This document shows, one piece after another, positions 11,812 to 23,622 of a stretch of 64,000 nucleotides of DNA (position 1 is its first letter; every line of letters begins with the position of its first letter). The stretch spans positions 26,288,001-26,352,000 of the forward strand of contig NC_086108.1 in assembly GCF_963921235.1 (NCBI RefSeq). The letters are read 5' to 3'. Source of the DNA: Mobula hypostoma. Taxonomy: Eukaryota. The translations under genes and the position numbers were made by a program. Below the pieces are notes generated by a model. That model did not search any database. It was not told the origin of the DNA and saw only the letters and a program-made list of their open reading frames with translations.

Positions 11812-12288
11812 GCAACACACACAAAATGCTGGAGGAACTGTTGAGCGGAACTGCTGAAGAAAATGATGAGAGGCATTGATTGTGTGGATAGTCAGAGGCT
11901 TTTTCCCAGGGCTGAAATGGTTCACAAGAGGACACAGGTTTAAGGTGCTGGGGAGTAGGTACAGAGGGGATGTCAGGGGTAAGTTTTTTTACTCAGAGAG
12001 TGGTGAGTGCGTGGAATGGGCTGCCGGAAACGGTGGTGGAGGTGGATACAATAGGGTCTTTTAAGAGACTTTTAGATAGGTACATGGAGCTTAGTAAAAT
12101 AGAGGGCTATAGGTAAGCCTAGTAATTTCTAAGGTAGGGACATGTTCGGCACAACTCTGTGGGCCGAAGGGCCTGTATTGTGCTGTAGGTTTTCTATGTT
12201 TCTATGTTTCTAACTCAGCAGATCAGGCAGCATCTCTGGAAATGACAAAACTATCAATGTTTCAGGCCAAGATCCCTTCCTTAGGACG
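11812..12288 (-). mobile_element. PLE pLTR end interrupted by a CR1 3' end
   Basis: GCAACACACACAAAATGCTGGAGGAACT resumes as AACTCAGCAGATCAGGCAGCATC after the CR1; degenerate hammerhead at ~12253-12287. Confidence 0.75.
11860..12211 (+). mobile_element. CR1 LINE 3' end with (TTTCTATG)n tail
   Basis: TRGHRFKV.G.RYRGDVRGKFF.QRVV..WN; 3' UTR GGGCCGAAGGGCCTGT; octamer tail. Confidence 0.9.
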
Positions 12289-12694
12289 ATTCTGTGAAGG
12301 TTAAGCTCCATACTCCTGGTATATTCTCAAAATTAGAACTGGATTCATCCCATTTGCTGGACATCTCTTGTTGGCTTTCCAGAATGTACCTCTGTGCTTA
12401 TTCCATCACCTTAGTCTGTAGGCTGCTGCAGTCACTTTACACATTGAAGTCCTCCAGAACAAGTGTTACCCTTTGAGGAGCTGATGTAGAGGGTGCCCCT
12501 TCTCCCTCGCTTGAATGCCGTCCCATTATTTCAAGTGACTCATAACCTGACCTTCCCCTCTCTAAACTCAGGACCCAAGTTAGTGGATAAGACAGTTGAA
12601 TATAGTGGTGCCGTCTTCTTACTCTGGTTCTACAGTTCAGCCTGGAGGTTTTTGGTGCCCTAAACTGAAAAAGCTATTAGAATGTAGTTTTAAA

Positions 12695-12980
12695 TATTTA
12701 TTTACTGAGATATAGGGTGGAATAGGCCCTTCCAGCCCTTCAAGCTGCGCCACCCAGCAATCCCCTGATATAATCCCAGCCTAATCGCAGTTCAATTTAC
12801 AATGACCAATTAACCTACTAATCAGTACATCTTCGGACTAGGGAAGGAAACCGGCGAACCCGGAGGAAACCCACCCGGTCACGGAGAGAAGGTATAAATT
12901 CTTTACACACAGCGGCTGGAGTTGAACCCGAGTCGCTGGTACTAACGATTGTTGTGCTAACCACTACACTACTGTGCCGT
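12695..12980 (-). mobile_element. tRNA-derived V-SINE (HE1-like)
   Basis: Minus strand: A box TAGTGTAGTGG, B box GGTTCAACTCC, V-domain GTGGGTTTCCTCCGGG..CCGGTTTCC, CR1-like tail. Confidence 0.85.
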
Positions 12981-13572
12981 CGTTCTGATGGAGCAGATTA
13001 AACCTGCATACTAGAAAGAAGCTATGCCTTACAGACAGAAGTATGAGTACAAGATGGAACTTTGGAAGTGCTTAACCGCTTTAAAGTATTCCCATCTGCA
13101 GCTGGCCACTAGCTTTGTGCAGCAGAGTACAGTGGCCTCAGTACATCATCCTCCAGCTAACGTTACACACAGCAGTTTTGAGGGTAAGAGTATTTGTAAG
13201 GTTGTGGCAATGTACACACATGTGGTGTGTTTGCAGCTAATTAATAGCTGTAAAATTGTGGAAGATGTGATGTGTGTTGTGTGTTGGAGTAATGGGAAGA
13301 ATAGTCGTAAAACCTCATGGAAGATGTGAGATAATTGAACTTCCCTGACTCTGATATCAGGCTATTGCTTCTCAAATTTATCTCTTTAGTTACCAACTCC
13401 CACATGCCCTTCATTTCAATCCTCTTCTGTGTTGGACTAAATTAGACAGAATTAGTTTATTGTCTTATACACCAGGGTGAAATGAAATTCCTTGTCTACA
13501 TGAAATTCCTTGCTCAGAGAGTAAGCAGTATGCATGGTAATAATAAGTACAACTATAAATGCAATGACAAAT

Positions 13573-13680
13573 GGAGCGACACGGTATCGTAGCAGTCAGC
13601 ACGACGCTGTCACAACTCGAGGCATTGGAGTACATGGTTCAGTTCCAGCATCCTCTACAAAGCGTCTCTATACATCCTGC
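13573..13680 (+). mobile_element. 5' head of a tRNA-derived SINE running into the minisatellite
   Basis: GCGACACGGTATCGTAGCAGTCAGCACGACGCT...GGTTCAGTTCC (A and B boxes). Confidence 0.6.
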
Positions 13681-14160
13681 CCATTCTGATCCCACTACCT
13701 CTGCAAAGTGTCTCTATACGTCCTACCCATTCTGATCCCACTACCTCTGCAAAGTGTCCCTATACGTCCTGCCCATTCCGATCCCACTACCTCTGCAAAG
13801 TGTCCCTATATGTCCTGCCCATTTCGATCCCACTACCTCTGCAAAGTGTCTCTATATGTCCTGCCCATTCCGATCCCACTACCTCTGCAAAGTGTCTCTA
13901 TATGTCCTGCCCATTCCGATCCCACTACCTCTGCAAAGTGTCTCTATACGTCCTACCCATTCAGATCCCACTACCTCTGCAAAGTGTCTCTATACGTCCT
14001 ACCCATTCAGATCCCACTACCTCTGCAAAGTGTCTCTATATGTCCTGCCCATTCCGATCCCACTACCTCTGCAAAGTGTCTCTATACGTCCTGCCCATTC
14101 CGATCCCACTACCTCTGCAAAGTGTCTCTATACGTCCTGCCCATTCCGATCCCACTACCT
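13652..14160. repeat. Minisatellite, 46-bp unit, ~11 copies
   Basis: Unit CCTCTGCAAAGTGTCTCTATACGTCCTGCCCATTCCGATCCCACTA repeated head to tail with no spacers. ORF starts at 13708/13754/13800 are 46 bp apart. Confidence 0.95.
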
Positions 14161-14358
14161 CCCCTCTCTCTTCCCCTTTTCCTCAACCATGATTTCCTTC
14201 TCCCTGACCATTTCGCACTCTCAGTCCACAATAGAGACCCATATCAGAATCAGGTTTTATCATCATTCACATTATGTCATGACATTTGTTTTCTCTTTGC
14301 AGCAGAAGTACGGTGCCATACATAAAATAACTGCAGTACTATGCAAAAGCCTGAGGAA
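14161..14358 (-). mobile_element. Second, partial copy of the composite MITE/LINE-tail/GA-rich repeat
   Basis: Reverse complement matches ~9815-9970 (GATTCTGATATGGGTCTCTATTGTGGACTGAGAGTG); TIR remnant CAGTACTATGCAAAAG at ~14334. Confidence 0.75.
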
Positions 14359-15342
14359 CTCCTGGCTGGATTTAACGTTTTATGCAAAAAGGTACAAAAG
14401 GGGTGTGAGTAAAAATTATTTTGTGCAGAGTGGTTATGATCAGAATCTCGTTCCCTCCATGTGTGAGAAACCCCAGTTAATTAAAGCTTTCAGGAGAGAA
14501 TTGGATGGGATAATTTGGTTGACCAGGGAAATAGCAGGAGAACTGGGACTGACTAAAATTCACTCCAACAAAACGCAACAGAATAAGTATACTTATTCTG
14601 CTGCATATATACAAACGTTTGTAGTTAATGATTGTTAAGTTCCATGCAGGAACAAAGCCATGTCTTCATCAGCCTTGATTTCTTTCTTTGACCAAAAACT
14701 TTGTACATTATTTAAACATTCAAATTCATCTAAGTAATTAAAATCCCTCAAAACAGCAACTTTCAAACAGTTATCAGAGTTTATATGGTGTAATAAATGT
14801 TTTCATAACTTCCAAAGTGCATCCAACCCCTCTAGCATTCCTGTAACCTGACAATAGGTCTAATGTTGAATCAAGTGGAGAGCTGGCAGGAGCAAACATC
14901 GAATATTCAGATCACTTCATGCTTAGCCAAAGCAAGTTGAGCTGTCACAGGTTCACTGCCGGCCTTTCCACTCAACTGTGTGTCATTTGGCTTGATTGGT
15001 CCTAATGGATATATTATTGATGTCAGATACAAAAGGAACCTCAATCTGTCAAATTCACACTTTTATTCATTGGAATTGTTGTTAATCATTTCCATATAAT
15101 GTGAAGGAAAACCAAAACACTATGAAGTAGCATGAAGTAGAATTTAGCAAGGACTTTATAACAGCTTAGTTTTCTCTTAAGATTTGTTTCCTAGGTTGAT
15201 TGAACAGATCTTCCTCAATTACACAAGGATAATATTATGTATTCTATTTAAATTATAAACACTACATGATAAGTACAACCAACTTTGTGAAAAATCACTG
15301 GTGTGGTATCAATTTACCTCTTAAACAGCTTAATTAGAACTT

Positions 15343-17392
15343 TCTCTCCAATTCTCACCTCACTCCTTCTGAACACACTGCTCTCCACTCTCTCCGCACT
15401 AATCCTAACCTCACCATCAAGCCTGCTGATAAGTGGGGGTGCTGTAGTAGTCTGGTGGACTGACCTCTCATTTGCTGAGGTGAGGTGTCAACTTTCAGAC
15501 ACCTCCTCTCACTTCCCCTCGAACAGGGCCTCACTAAGAAACACCAGGCCATTGTCTCCTGCACCATCACCACCTTTATTAACTTCGGAAATCTCCCATC
15601 CACTGCTCCCAACCTCAGAGTTTCCCGTATCCAGCTCTTCCCATTTCTACCTCCAACCCAAGATCCATAAACCTGAGTGTCTAGGTAGACCCATTGTTTC
15701 TGTCTGCTTCTACCCCACTGAACATGCCTGCATACCTCAACTATGTTTTATCTCCCGCTAGTTCAGTCCCTTCCTACCTATATCTGTGACACTTCACACA
15801 CTTATGACCATTTAAATGACTTTAAATTCCCTGGCACCAATCATCTGATTTTCACAATGGATGCCCAGACCCTATATACCCCCATCCCTGATCAGGAGGG
15901 CCTTAAAGCTCTCTGCTTCTTCCTGGACAACAAGCCCAAACAATTTGCTTCCAGTACCACACTCCTCTGCCTGGCAGATCTGGTTGTCACCCACAATAAT
16001 TTCTCCTTTGGTTCCTCCCGCTTCCTTCAAACTAAAGGTGTAGCTATGGGCAGTCGCATGGGTCCCAGCTAAGCCTGCCTTTTATTTGGCTACGAGGACT
16101 TCCCATGTTCCAAGCCTACACTGGTACCTCTCTCCAACATTTCCCATGCTAGATGGACAAATATATTGGTGCTGCTTCCCGCACAAATGCTGAACTCATC
16201 AATTTCATCATCTTTGCCTCCAAATTCTCTCAAATTTACTTGGTCCATTTCTGACACTTCTCTCCCCTTTCTTGGTCTCTCTATCTCCCTCTCTAGAGGC
16301 AGTCTATCTACTGACATCTTTTATAAGCCTACTGACTCTCACAGCTATCTGGACTATACCTCTTCCCGCCCTGTCACTTGTAAAAACGCCATCCCCTTCT
16401 TTCAGTTCCCCTGTCTCCACTGTATCTGCTCTCAGGATGAGGCTTCTCATTCCAGAACAACTGAGATGTCCTCCTTTTTCAAAAAAAAGGGCTTTTCTTC
16501 CTCCACTATCAACGCTGCCCTCAAGCCATCCTCCCGCTTCCACACCAAGTTCCTCTTGTCCTCTTACCCTCACATAACACACCTTGCTTATGGAACAAGT
16601 GTCACACCTGCCCCTACACCTCTTCCCTCACTACCATTCAGGGCCCCAAACAGTCCCTCCAGGTGAGGCTACACTTCACCTGTGAGTTGGTTGGGGTCAA
16701 CTATTGTATCCGGTGTTCCTGGTGAATCCCAACGTAGATTGGGAGACTACTTCGCCAAGCACCTTAGTTCCATCCAACGCAAAAAGGGGGATCTGCTGGT
16801 GGCCACCCATTTCAATTCTACTTCCAAATCCCATGCTGACATGTCACTCCATGCCCTCCTCTACTGCCAAAATAAGGCCACACACAGGCTGGAGGAGCAA
16901 CATCTATTTCATCTGGGTAGCTTCCAATCTGATGGCATGAACTTCAATTTCTTGAACGTCCAGTAACACCCCCACCTCTCCTTCACCATTCCCCATTCCT
17001 GTTTCTCTCTCTCACCTTACCTCCTTATCTGCCCATCGCCTCTTTCTTGTGCTCCTCTGCTTTCTCTTTCTTCCATGGTCTTCTCTCCTCTCCTCTCAGT
17101 TTCCCCCTTCTCCAGCCCTTTATCTCTTTCACCAATCAACTTCCCAGCTCTTTACTTCACCACATCTTCCGCTCCCGGTTTCATCTATCTCCTGCCACTT
17201 TGAAATTCTTCCTCCCTTCCCCCCACCTTTTTACTTTGAACTCCCCTTCCTTGCCAGTCCTGAGGAAGGGTCTCAGCCTGAAACGCCGATTCAGGCTGAC
17301 CTTTCCATAGATGCTGCTTGACCTGCTGAGTTTCTCCGGCATTTTGTGCGTGTTACTTTGGATATCCAGCATCTGCAGAGTTTCTTCTGTTT
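15343..17392 (+). mobile_element. Degraded Neptune-type PLE (RT + GIY-YIG + 3' pLTR), 13-bp TSD
   Basis: FYLQPKIHK..GRPIVS, MDAQTLYT.IP, QTKGVAMG, YKPTDSHSYL and GIY-YIG remnants with frameshifts. Hammerhead at 17256-17291. TSD TTAATTAGAACTT (15330-15342) / TTAATTAGAGCTT (17393-17405). Confidence 0.92.
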
Positions 17393-17539
17393 TTAATTAG
17401 AGCTTCTTTGCAATCGTAATTTGCCACATGATTGAAAAATTCTTTACACATGACAGCAAGTTTTTTTTAAATCAGGGGTACAAAGGGAGGTCTTGCCATT
17501 GGAAGAGTGAATTCTTCTGTATGGCATTTGGACGCAAAT

Positions 17540-17860
17540 TGATTTATTATTGTCTCACCTGCTGATGTAGAGTGAAGTCTTGGTTTTGATGCCATCCATA
17601 CAGATAATTTCATTATTAACAATGAAATGCCTTCAGGTAATACAAGGGGAAGTAATTACAGAATGCTGCGTGAAGATATAGCAACTGCAGAAGTGCAAAG
17701 AGAGCAAACAAGAAGGTGCAGAAGATCATAATAAGGTAGATTGCAAAGTCAAGAGTCCATCTTATTGTACTGGAGAATTGTTCAAACACCTTATAACAGT
17801 TGGATAGAAACTGTCCTTAAGCCTGCTCATATGAGCTTTCAGGTTTTGTATGGGAGAAAG
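17540..17860 (-). mobile_element. Old Rex1-like LINE 3' fragment
   Basis: Reversed LINE end (TTTATTATTGTC...; CTTATAACAGTTGGATAGAAACTGTCCTTAAGCCTG). Confidence 0.45.
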
Positions 17861-17889
17861 GAGAATGAATGTGGTAGGTGTGTTCTTTG

Positions 17890-18165
17890 ACTATTTATCT
17901 ATATCTGTTTCTTGAGATACAGCATGGAGTAGGATCTTTTGACCCTTTGAGCCCTGCTTCCCAGCAACCCCAACCTAATCACGGGACATCTTACAATGAC
18001 CTACTAACCCGTATGTCTTTGGACTGTGGGAGAAAACCGGAGCACCAGGAGGAAACCCACGCGATCACGGGGAGAACGTACCAACTCTTCACAGGCAGTA
18101 GTGGGAATTGAAGTCAGGTCAGCTGTACTGTAAAGCTTTGTGCTAACCACTACACTACCGTGCCG
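17890..18165 (-). mobile_element. tRNA-derived V-SINE (HE1-like)
   Basis: TTTGGACTGTGGGAGAAAACCGGAGCACCAGGAGGAAACCCAC (V domain) and GCTAACCACTACACTACCGTGCC head. Confidence 0.85.
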
Positions 18166-18767
18166 ACCATGTATGCTATACATGGACCCTGCTCTCTGGG
18201 GGGAGTTGGTGTGCTATTTAATTTATTTCCAGTGTTATAGGGGAGGCAGTAATATCTCCCAACAGTATAACAGAACATTGTTTGTGGAGATCCTTCTGTG
18301 AACAGTTGTACTTAGCAAGGAAAAGTAAAGAATTATCATCCCAGTGCTGGGATCTGTTTGATAAATTGTAGCTGTGGGAGACAGGAATGGATATTGGCGA
18401 ATCTGAAACTGCGATGTGATACAACATGACAGTTTCAAAATTAGATAATAGTCAGTTTGCATTTGACATGATACAAAATTGCCCAAGGAAATCAGTGTTA
18501 TTTTAGCCAGAGAGCAGTACAGCATGGATACAGTCCATATGGCCCAACAAATCAATGCTTACCCATCAAGTCCCAAATTCCTCCATTTGGCCCATAACCC
18601 TTTAACCTCTGTCCCTGCTGGTACCTATCCAAGTGCTTTTTAAATGATATTGTAATTTCTCCTCCCCACCACTTCTGGGGACTCGGTCTATACACTCACC
18701 ACCCTCTGTGAGAGAAACAGTCCCTCCCCCCACCCGCCAGTCTCTTTTTTAATCCTTCCCTTTCAGC

Positions 18768-20388
18768 TTAAAGGTCAACCCACGGAAGGCTGCTGGACCA
18801 GACAATATTCCTGGCAGAGTGCTTAGAGGATGTGCAGACCAGCTAGCTGAGATTCTCACTGACATCTTCAGCATCTCCCTGAGCAGCACCATCGTTCCTA
18901 CATGCTTCAAGGCCGCCACCATCGTCCCTGTGCCGAAGAAGTCTTCAGTGTACTGCCTCAATGACTACCGTCCCAGCACACTCACATCCATCATCATGAA
19001 GTGTTTCGAGAGGCTCGTCATGAGACACATCAAGACCCTGCTGCCCCCCTCACTGGATCTCCTGCAGTTCGCATACCATCCCAACCACTCAACAGATGAC
19101 GCCATTGTCATCACCCTCCACCTGGCCCTAACCCACCTGGACAAAAAAGGCACGTACGTTCGAATGCTGTCCATAGACTTCAGTTCAGCATTCAACACAA
19201 TCATTCCTCAGAAACTGATTGGAAAGCTGAGCCTACTGGGCCTGAACACCTCCCTCTGCAACTGGATCCTAGACTTCCTGAGTGGGAGACCCCAGTCAAT
19301 CTGGATTGGAAGCAGCGTCTCCAACACCATCACACTGAGCACGAGGGCCCCCCAGGGCTGTGTGCTCAGTCCACTGCTGTTCACTCTGCTGACCCACGAC
19401 TGTGCAGTAACACACAGCTCGAACCACATCATCAAGTTCGCTGATGACACGACCGTGGTGGGTCTCATCAGCAAGACCAATGAGTCAGCATACAGAGAGG
19501 AGTTGCAGGGGCTAACGGACTGGTGCAGAGCCAACAACCTGTCTCTGAATGTGAACGAAACAAAAGAGATGGTTGCTGACTTCAGGAGGACACGGAAAGA
19601 CCACTCTCTGCTGAACATCGACAACTCCTCCATAGAGATCGTTAACAGCACCAAATTTCTTGATGTTCACCCGGCGGAGAATCTCAGCTGGTCCCTCAAC
19701 ACCAGCTCCATAGCAAAGAAAGCCCAGCAGCATCTCTACTTTCTGCGAAGACTGAGAAAGGTCCATCTCCCACCCGCCCCCATCCTCACCACATTCTACA
19801 GAGGTAGTATTGAGAACATCCTGAGCAGCTGCATCACTGCCTGGTTCGGAAATTGCACCATCTCAGATCGCAAGGCCCTGCAGGGGATAGTGAGGTCAGC
19901 TGAGAAGATCATCGGGATCTCTCTTCCCGCCATTACAGACATTTACACCACACGCTGCATCTGTAAAGCAAACAGCATTATGAAGGACCCCACACACCCC
20001 TCATACAAACTCTTCTCCCTCCTGCCATCTGGCAAAAGTCTCTGAAGTATTTGGGCTCTCACAACCAGACTATGTAACAGTTTCTTCCCCCAAGCCATCA
20101 GACTCCTCAATACCCAGAGCCTGGACTGACACCAACCTGCTGCCTTCTACTGTGCCTATTGTCTTGTTTATTATTTATTGTAATGCCTGCACTGTTTTGT
20201 GCACTTTATGCAGTCCTGGGTAGCTCTGTAGTCTAGTGTAGTTTTTGTGTTGTTTTACGTAGTTCAGTGTCATTTTTGTATTGTTTTATGTAGCACCATG
20301 GTCCTGAAAAACATTGTCTCATTTTTACTGTGTACTATACCAGAAGTTATGGTTGAAATGACAATAAAAAGTGACTTGACTTGAACTT
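18768..20388 (+). mobile_element. 5'-truncated Rex1/Babar LINE
   Basis: RT ORF plus 3' UTR with AATAAA (~20363) and (GACTT)n tail. Confidence 0.92.
18819..20045 (+). pseudogene. Rex1/Babar reverse transcriptase, 408-aa open segment
   Basis: LNDYRP..LT...[51 protein letters not shown]. Lacks the N-terminus and stops early (CGA>TGA-like). Confidence 0.9.
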
Positions 20389-20395
20389 ATATCTA

Positions 20396-20685
20396 CACTC
20401 TGTGGCCACTTTATTAGGTACACCTGTACACCTGCTTGCTAATGCAAATATCTAATCAACCAGTCATGTGGCAGCAACTCAATGCATCAAAGCATGCAGA
20501 CATGGTCAAGAGGTTCACTGGTTGTTCAACCCAAACATCAAAATAGGGGATGAAATGTGATCTAAGTGACTTTGAATGATTGTTGGTGCCAGGGGTGGTT
20601 CAAGTACCTGAGAAACTTTCTCCGGGAATTTTCCATGAAGAATAGTTACTAGAATTTACGGAGAATGGTGCAGAAAAAAAAAAAT
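20396..20685 (+). mobile_element. Left end of a second Tc1-family transposon (TIR plus degraded transposase start)
   Basis: TA|CACTCTGTGGCCACTTTATTAGGTACACC; G.KCDLSDF..MIVGAR.G remnant. Confidence 0.7.
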
Positions 20686-20689
20686 TCTG

Positions 20690-21670
20690 GTGGGAAAAGC
20701 TGTCCTAGAGCCTGTTGGTCCTGGCTTTTATGCTGTGGTACTGCTTCCTGGATGGTGGCAGCTGGAATAGACTGTGTTTGGGATGGCTTGAGTTCCCAAT
20801 GATCCTACGGGCCCTTTTTACGGGTCCTTGTAAATGTCCTGAATCATGGGGAGTTCACAACTACAGATGTGCGAAGCTCTCCACACCACTCTCTACAGAG
20901 TCCTGCGATTAAGGGAGGTACACTTTCCGTACCAGGCAGTGATGCAACCAGTCAGAATGCTCTCAGTTGTGCCCCTGTAGAATGTTCTTAGGATTTGGGG
21001 GCCCATACCAAACTTCCTCAACTGTCTGAGGTGAAAGAGGCGCTGTTGTGTCTTTTTCACCGCACAGCCAGTGTGTGCAGACCATATGAGGTCCTCGGTG
21101 ATGTGGATGCTGAGGAACTTGAAGCTGTTTACCCTCTCAACCCCAGATCCATTGATGTCGATAGGGGTTAGCCCTTCTCCATTCCTTCTGTAATCCACAA
21201 CCAGTTCTTTTGTTTTTGCGACATTGAGGGAGAGGTTGTTTCCTTGACACAACTGTGTCAGAGAGATGACTTCTTCCCTGTAGGCCACCTTGTTATTGTT
21301 TGAGATAAGGCCAATCAATGTACGGTTGTTGGCAAATTTAGTTAGCAGATTAGAGCTGTGGGTGGCGATACAGTCACGGGTATACAGGGAGTAAAGGAGG
21401 GGACTCAGTACGCAGCCCTAAGGGGCTCCTGTATTGAGAGTCAGAGGGTTGGAGGTGAGGGAGCCCACTCTTACCCCCTGCTGGCGATCTGACAGGAAGT
21501 CGGGCTCCAGCTGCACAAGGCAGGGTCAAGGCCGAGGTCTCTGAGTTCTTGTCGAGCCTGGATGGAACTATGGTGTTGAATACTGAACTGTAGTCCAAGA
21601 ACAGCATTCTCACATAAGAATCCTTCTTCTCCAGATGTGTGAAGACAGTATGTAAAGCAGTGGCTATTTG
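20690..21670 (-). mobile_element. Rex1/Babar LINE RT fragment (frameshifted)
   Basis: [25 protein letters not shown]...C..NNLSLNV.KTKELVVD; FYRGT.ESILTGCITAWYG. Confidence 0.9.
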
Positions 21671-21714
21671 ATGGTGGTTTGATGTTGTCTTACTCTGTTG
21701 TTGCTGGGCTTGTG

Positions 21715-22045
21715 AAAGAACATAGAATAACAGCACAATACAGGCTCTTCGGCCCACAAAGCTGTGCCAAACATGTACTTACTTTAGAAATTACCTGGGG
21801 TTACCCATAGCCCTCTATTTTTCTGAGCTCCATGTACCTATCCAGGAGTCTCTTAAAAGACCCTATCGTATCTGCCTCCACCACCGTTACTAGCAGCCTA
21901 TTCCACACACTCGCCACTCTCTGTGTAAAACACTTAACCCTGATATCTCCTCTGTACTTACTTCCAGGCACCTTAAAACTGTGCCCTCTTGTGTTAGCCA
22001 TTTCAGCCCTGGGAGAAAGTCTCTGACTATCCACACTATCAATGA
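21715..22045 (-). mobile_element. CR1 LINE 3' end
   Basis: TRGHSFKV.G.KYRGDIR..FTQRV..VWN.L...FKRLLDRYM; same subfamily as 11860-12211. Confidence 0.88.
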
Positions 22046-22367
22046 TGTCATTGTTGTGTCATTACCATTGTGGGCCCTGCTACGTTGGTGCTGGAATATG
22101 TAGCGACACTTGCAGGTTGCCCCAGCACAAGTATGCTGGTTATTAGTGTAAGTGACACATTTCACTAGAAATGATGGTAAGGTATGAGATCTGTGAAATA
22201 TGCAACTTTTGAGCACGACCATGGCTGTCCAGGAATTGAGTGCATCCTTATTTCATAAAAGTAGTAAATTCCTGCAATGTTGGTCTTGAAGCCACTTCCC
22301 TATAATTGTAACATGACCTTTCAAAACATGTTTATTTACATGTTTACAATGGACTACATTGCAGTTT

Positions 22368-22710
22368 TAACTGAGAGAAGGGTCTTAGTCTGAAACGTCG
22401 ACTATGAGTTCATTTCCATGGATGCTGCCTGACCTGCTGAGTTCCTCCAGCATTTTACATGTGAATCAGTGGGAAAGATTTGCAGTTACATTTATCTCAC
22501 CCACCACCTGCTAAATTGTACTCCTACCCCTCCCCCCACGTTTTTTATTCTGACATCTTCCCCCTTCCTTTCCTTTCCTGAAAAAGGGTCTCAGCCCAAA
22601 ACGTCGACTGCTTATTCACTTCCATAGATGCTGCCTAAACTGCTGAGTTCCTCCAGCATTTTGTGTATTGCTTTAGATTTCCAGCATCGGCAAAATTTCT
22701 CGTGTTTATG
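22368..22710 (+). mobile_element. Two tandem direct PLE pLTR ends, each with a hammerhead motif
   Basis: CTGAGAGAAGGGTCTTAGTCTGAAACGTCGACT (22371-22403) and CTGAAAAAGGGTCTCAGCCCAAAACGTCGACT (~22578-22608). Only the second carries the tail. Confidence 0.8.
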
Positions 22711-23380
22711 AGACATATTAAAGCAACTTTACTACCTTTATGTATGGTGGTGCTGTGTCTCTGAAGTGCATGTTTCACAGTGTAATAAAGCTTCCTGAGA
22801 AAAAGCAGTCCCCAGGCGCGGTACTCCTTGTTTCCAAAGTTACCCTAATGAGCCTGCATCTCGTTTGCAGTCAATCAAAACATCATCTAATTAAATCATA
22901 AAATTCTCATTCAGCTATCTGCAATCCAATTAGAAATAAAGTTCTTCCTTTTGCAAATCTTCAAGCTACAGTATTTGTTTGAAATTCAGTTAAGGGTTTT
23001 AGAAGTGATAGTCCATAGATGGGAAAGCAGTTAGCATATTAACCAGGGCTGCATTGACTGAAATATCAATTTATTTTCTTTGTTGAGCTCGAGGTGATTT
23101 TTCTTTTGATTTAATATTGTCATGACGAGCAGTCAAGAAGGCCATCTCTGAGCCAATGAGGATTACAAGATTTTCCCTAGAAGCTTGACTTGCCAGCAAT
23201 TTGGCAGAAGAATTTTCTTCTGTTTCCAGCAACAGTCTAAACAATAATGGATTAAATGATTTAATCTAATATTTAAGGAGAAGAGGATACAATTTATAGC
23301 ACAAGGAACTGAATAAATGCTTAATCTGTCATATTAACGTTCTAGGTTGAAAAATATAGAAAAGGCCTGGTAGGTTGTCA

Positions 23381-23609
23381 CAAACAAAAGAAAATCTGCA
23401 GATGCTAGAAATCCAGGCAACACACACAAAATGCTAGAGGAACTCAGCAGGCCAGACAGCATCTATGGAAAAGAGTGATCAGTCAATTTTTCAGGCTGAG
23501 ACCCTTCATCAGGACTGATGATGAAGGGTCTCGGCCCAAAATGTCGTATGTTACTCTTTTTCACAGATACTGCCTGGCCTGCCAAGTTCCTCCAGCATTT
23601 TGAGTGTGT
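23381..23609. mobile_element. Fold-back mini-PLE with back-to-back hammerhead remnants, inside a Rex1 remnant
   Basis: ...GAGACCCTTCATCAGGAC-TGATG-ATGAAGGGTCTC... Degenerate 13-bp TSD TGGTAGGTTGTCA / CAGCAGTTTGTCA. Confidence 0.8.
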
Positions 23610-23622
23610 CAGCAGTTTGTCA

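Noticed and set aside
12900..12980. tRNA genes (also 18090-18165 and 62075-62125)
   Set aside because: A and B boxes run into SINE bodies and no complete cloverleaf is visible.
13652..14160. CRISPR array or repetitive protein gene (ORFs of 205, 294 and 130 aa)
   Set aside because: Head-to-tail units with no unique spacers and no cas genes. The ORFs in all three frames arise because the 46-bp unit is stop-free and not a multiple of three.
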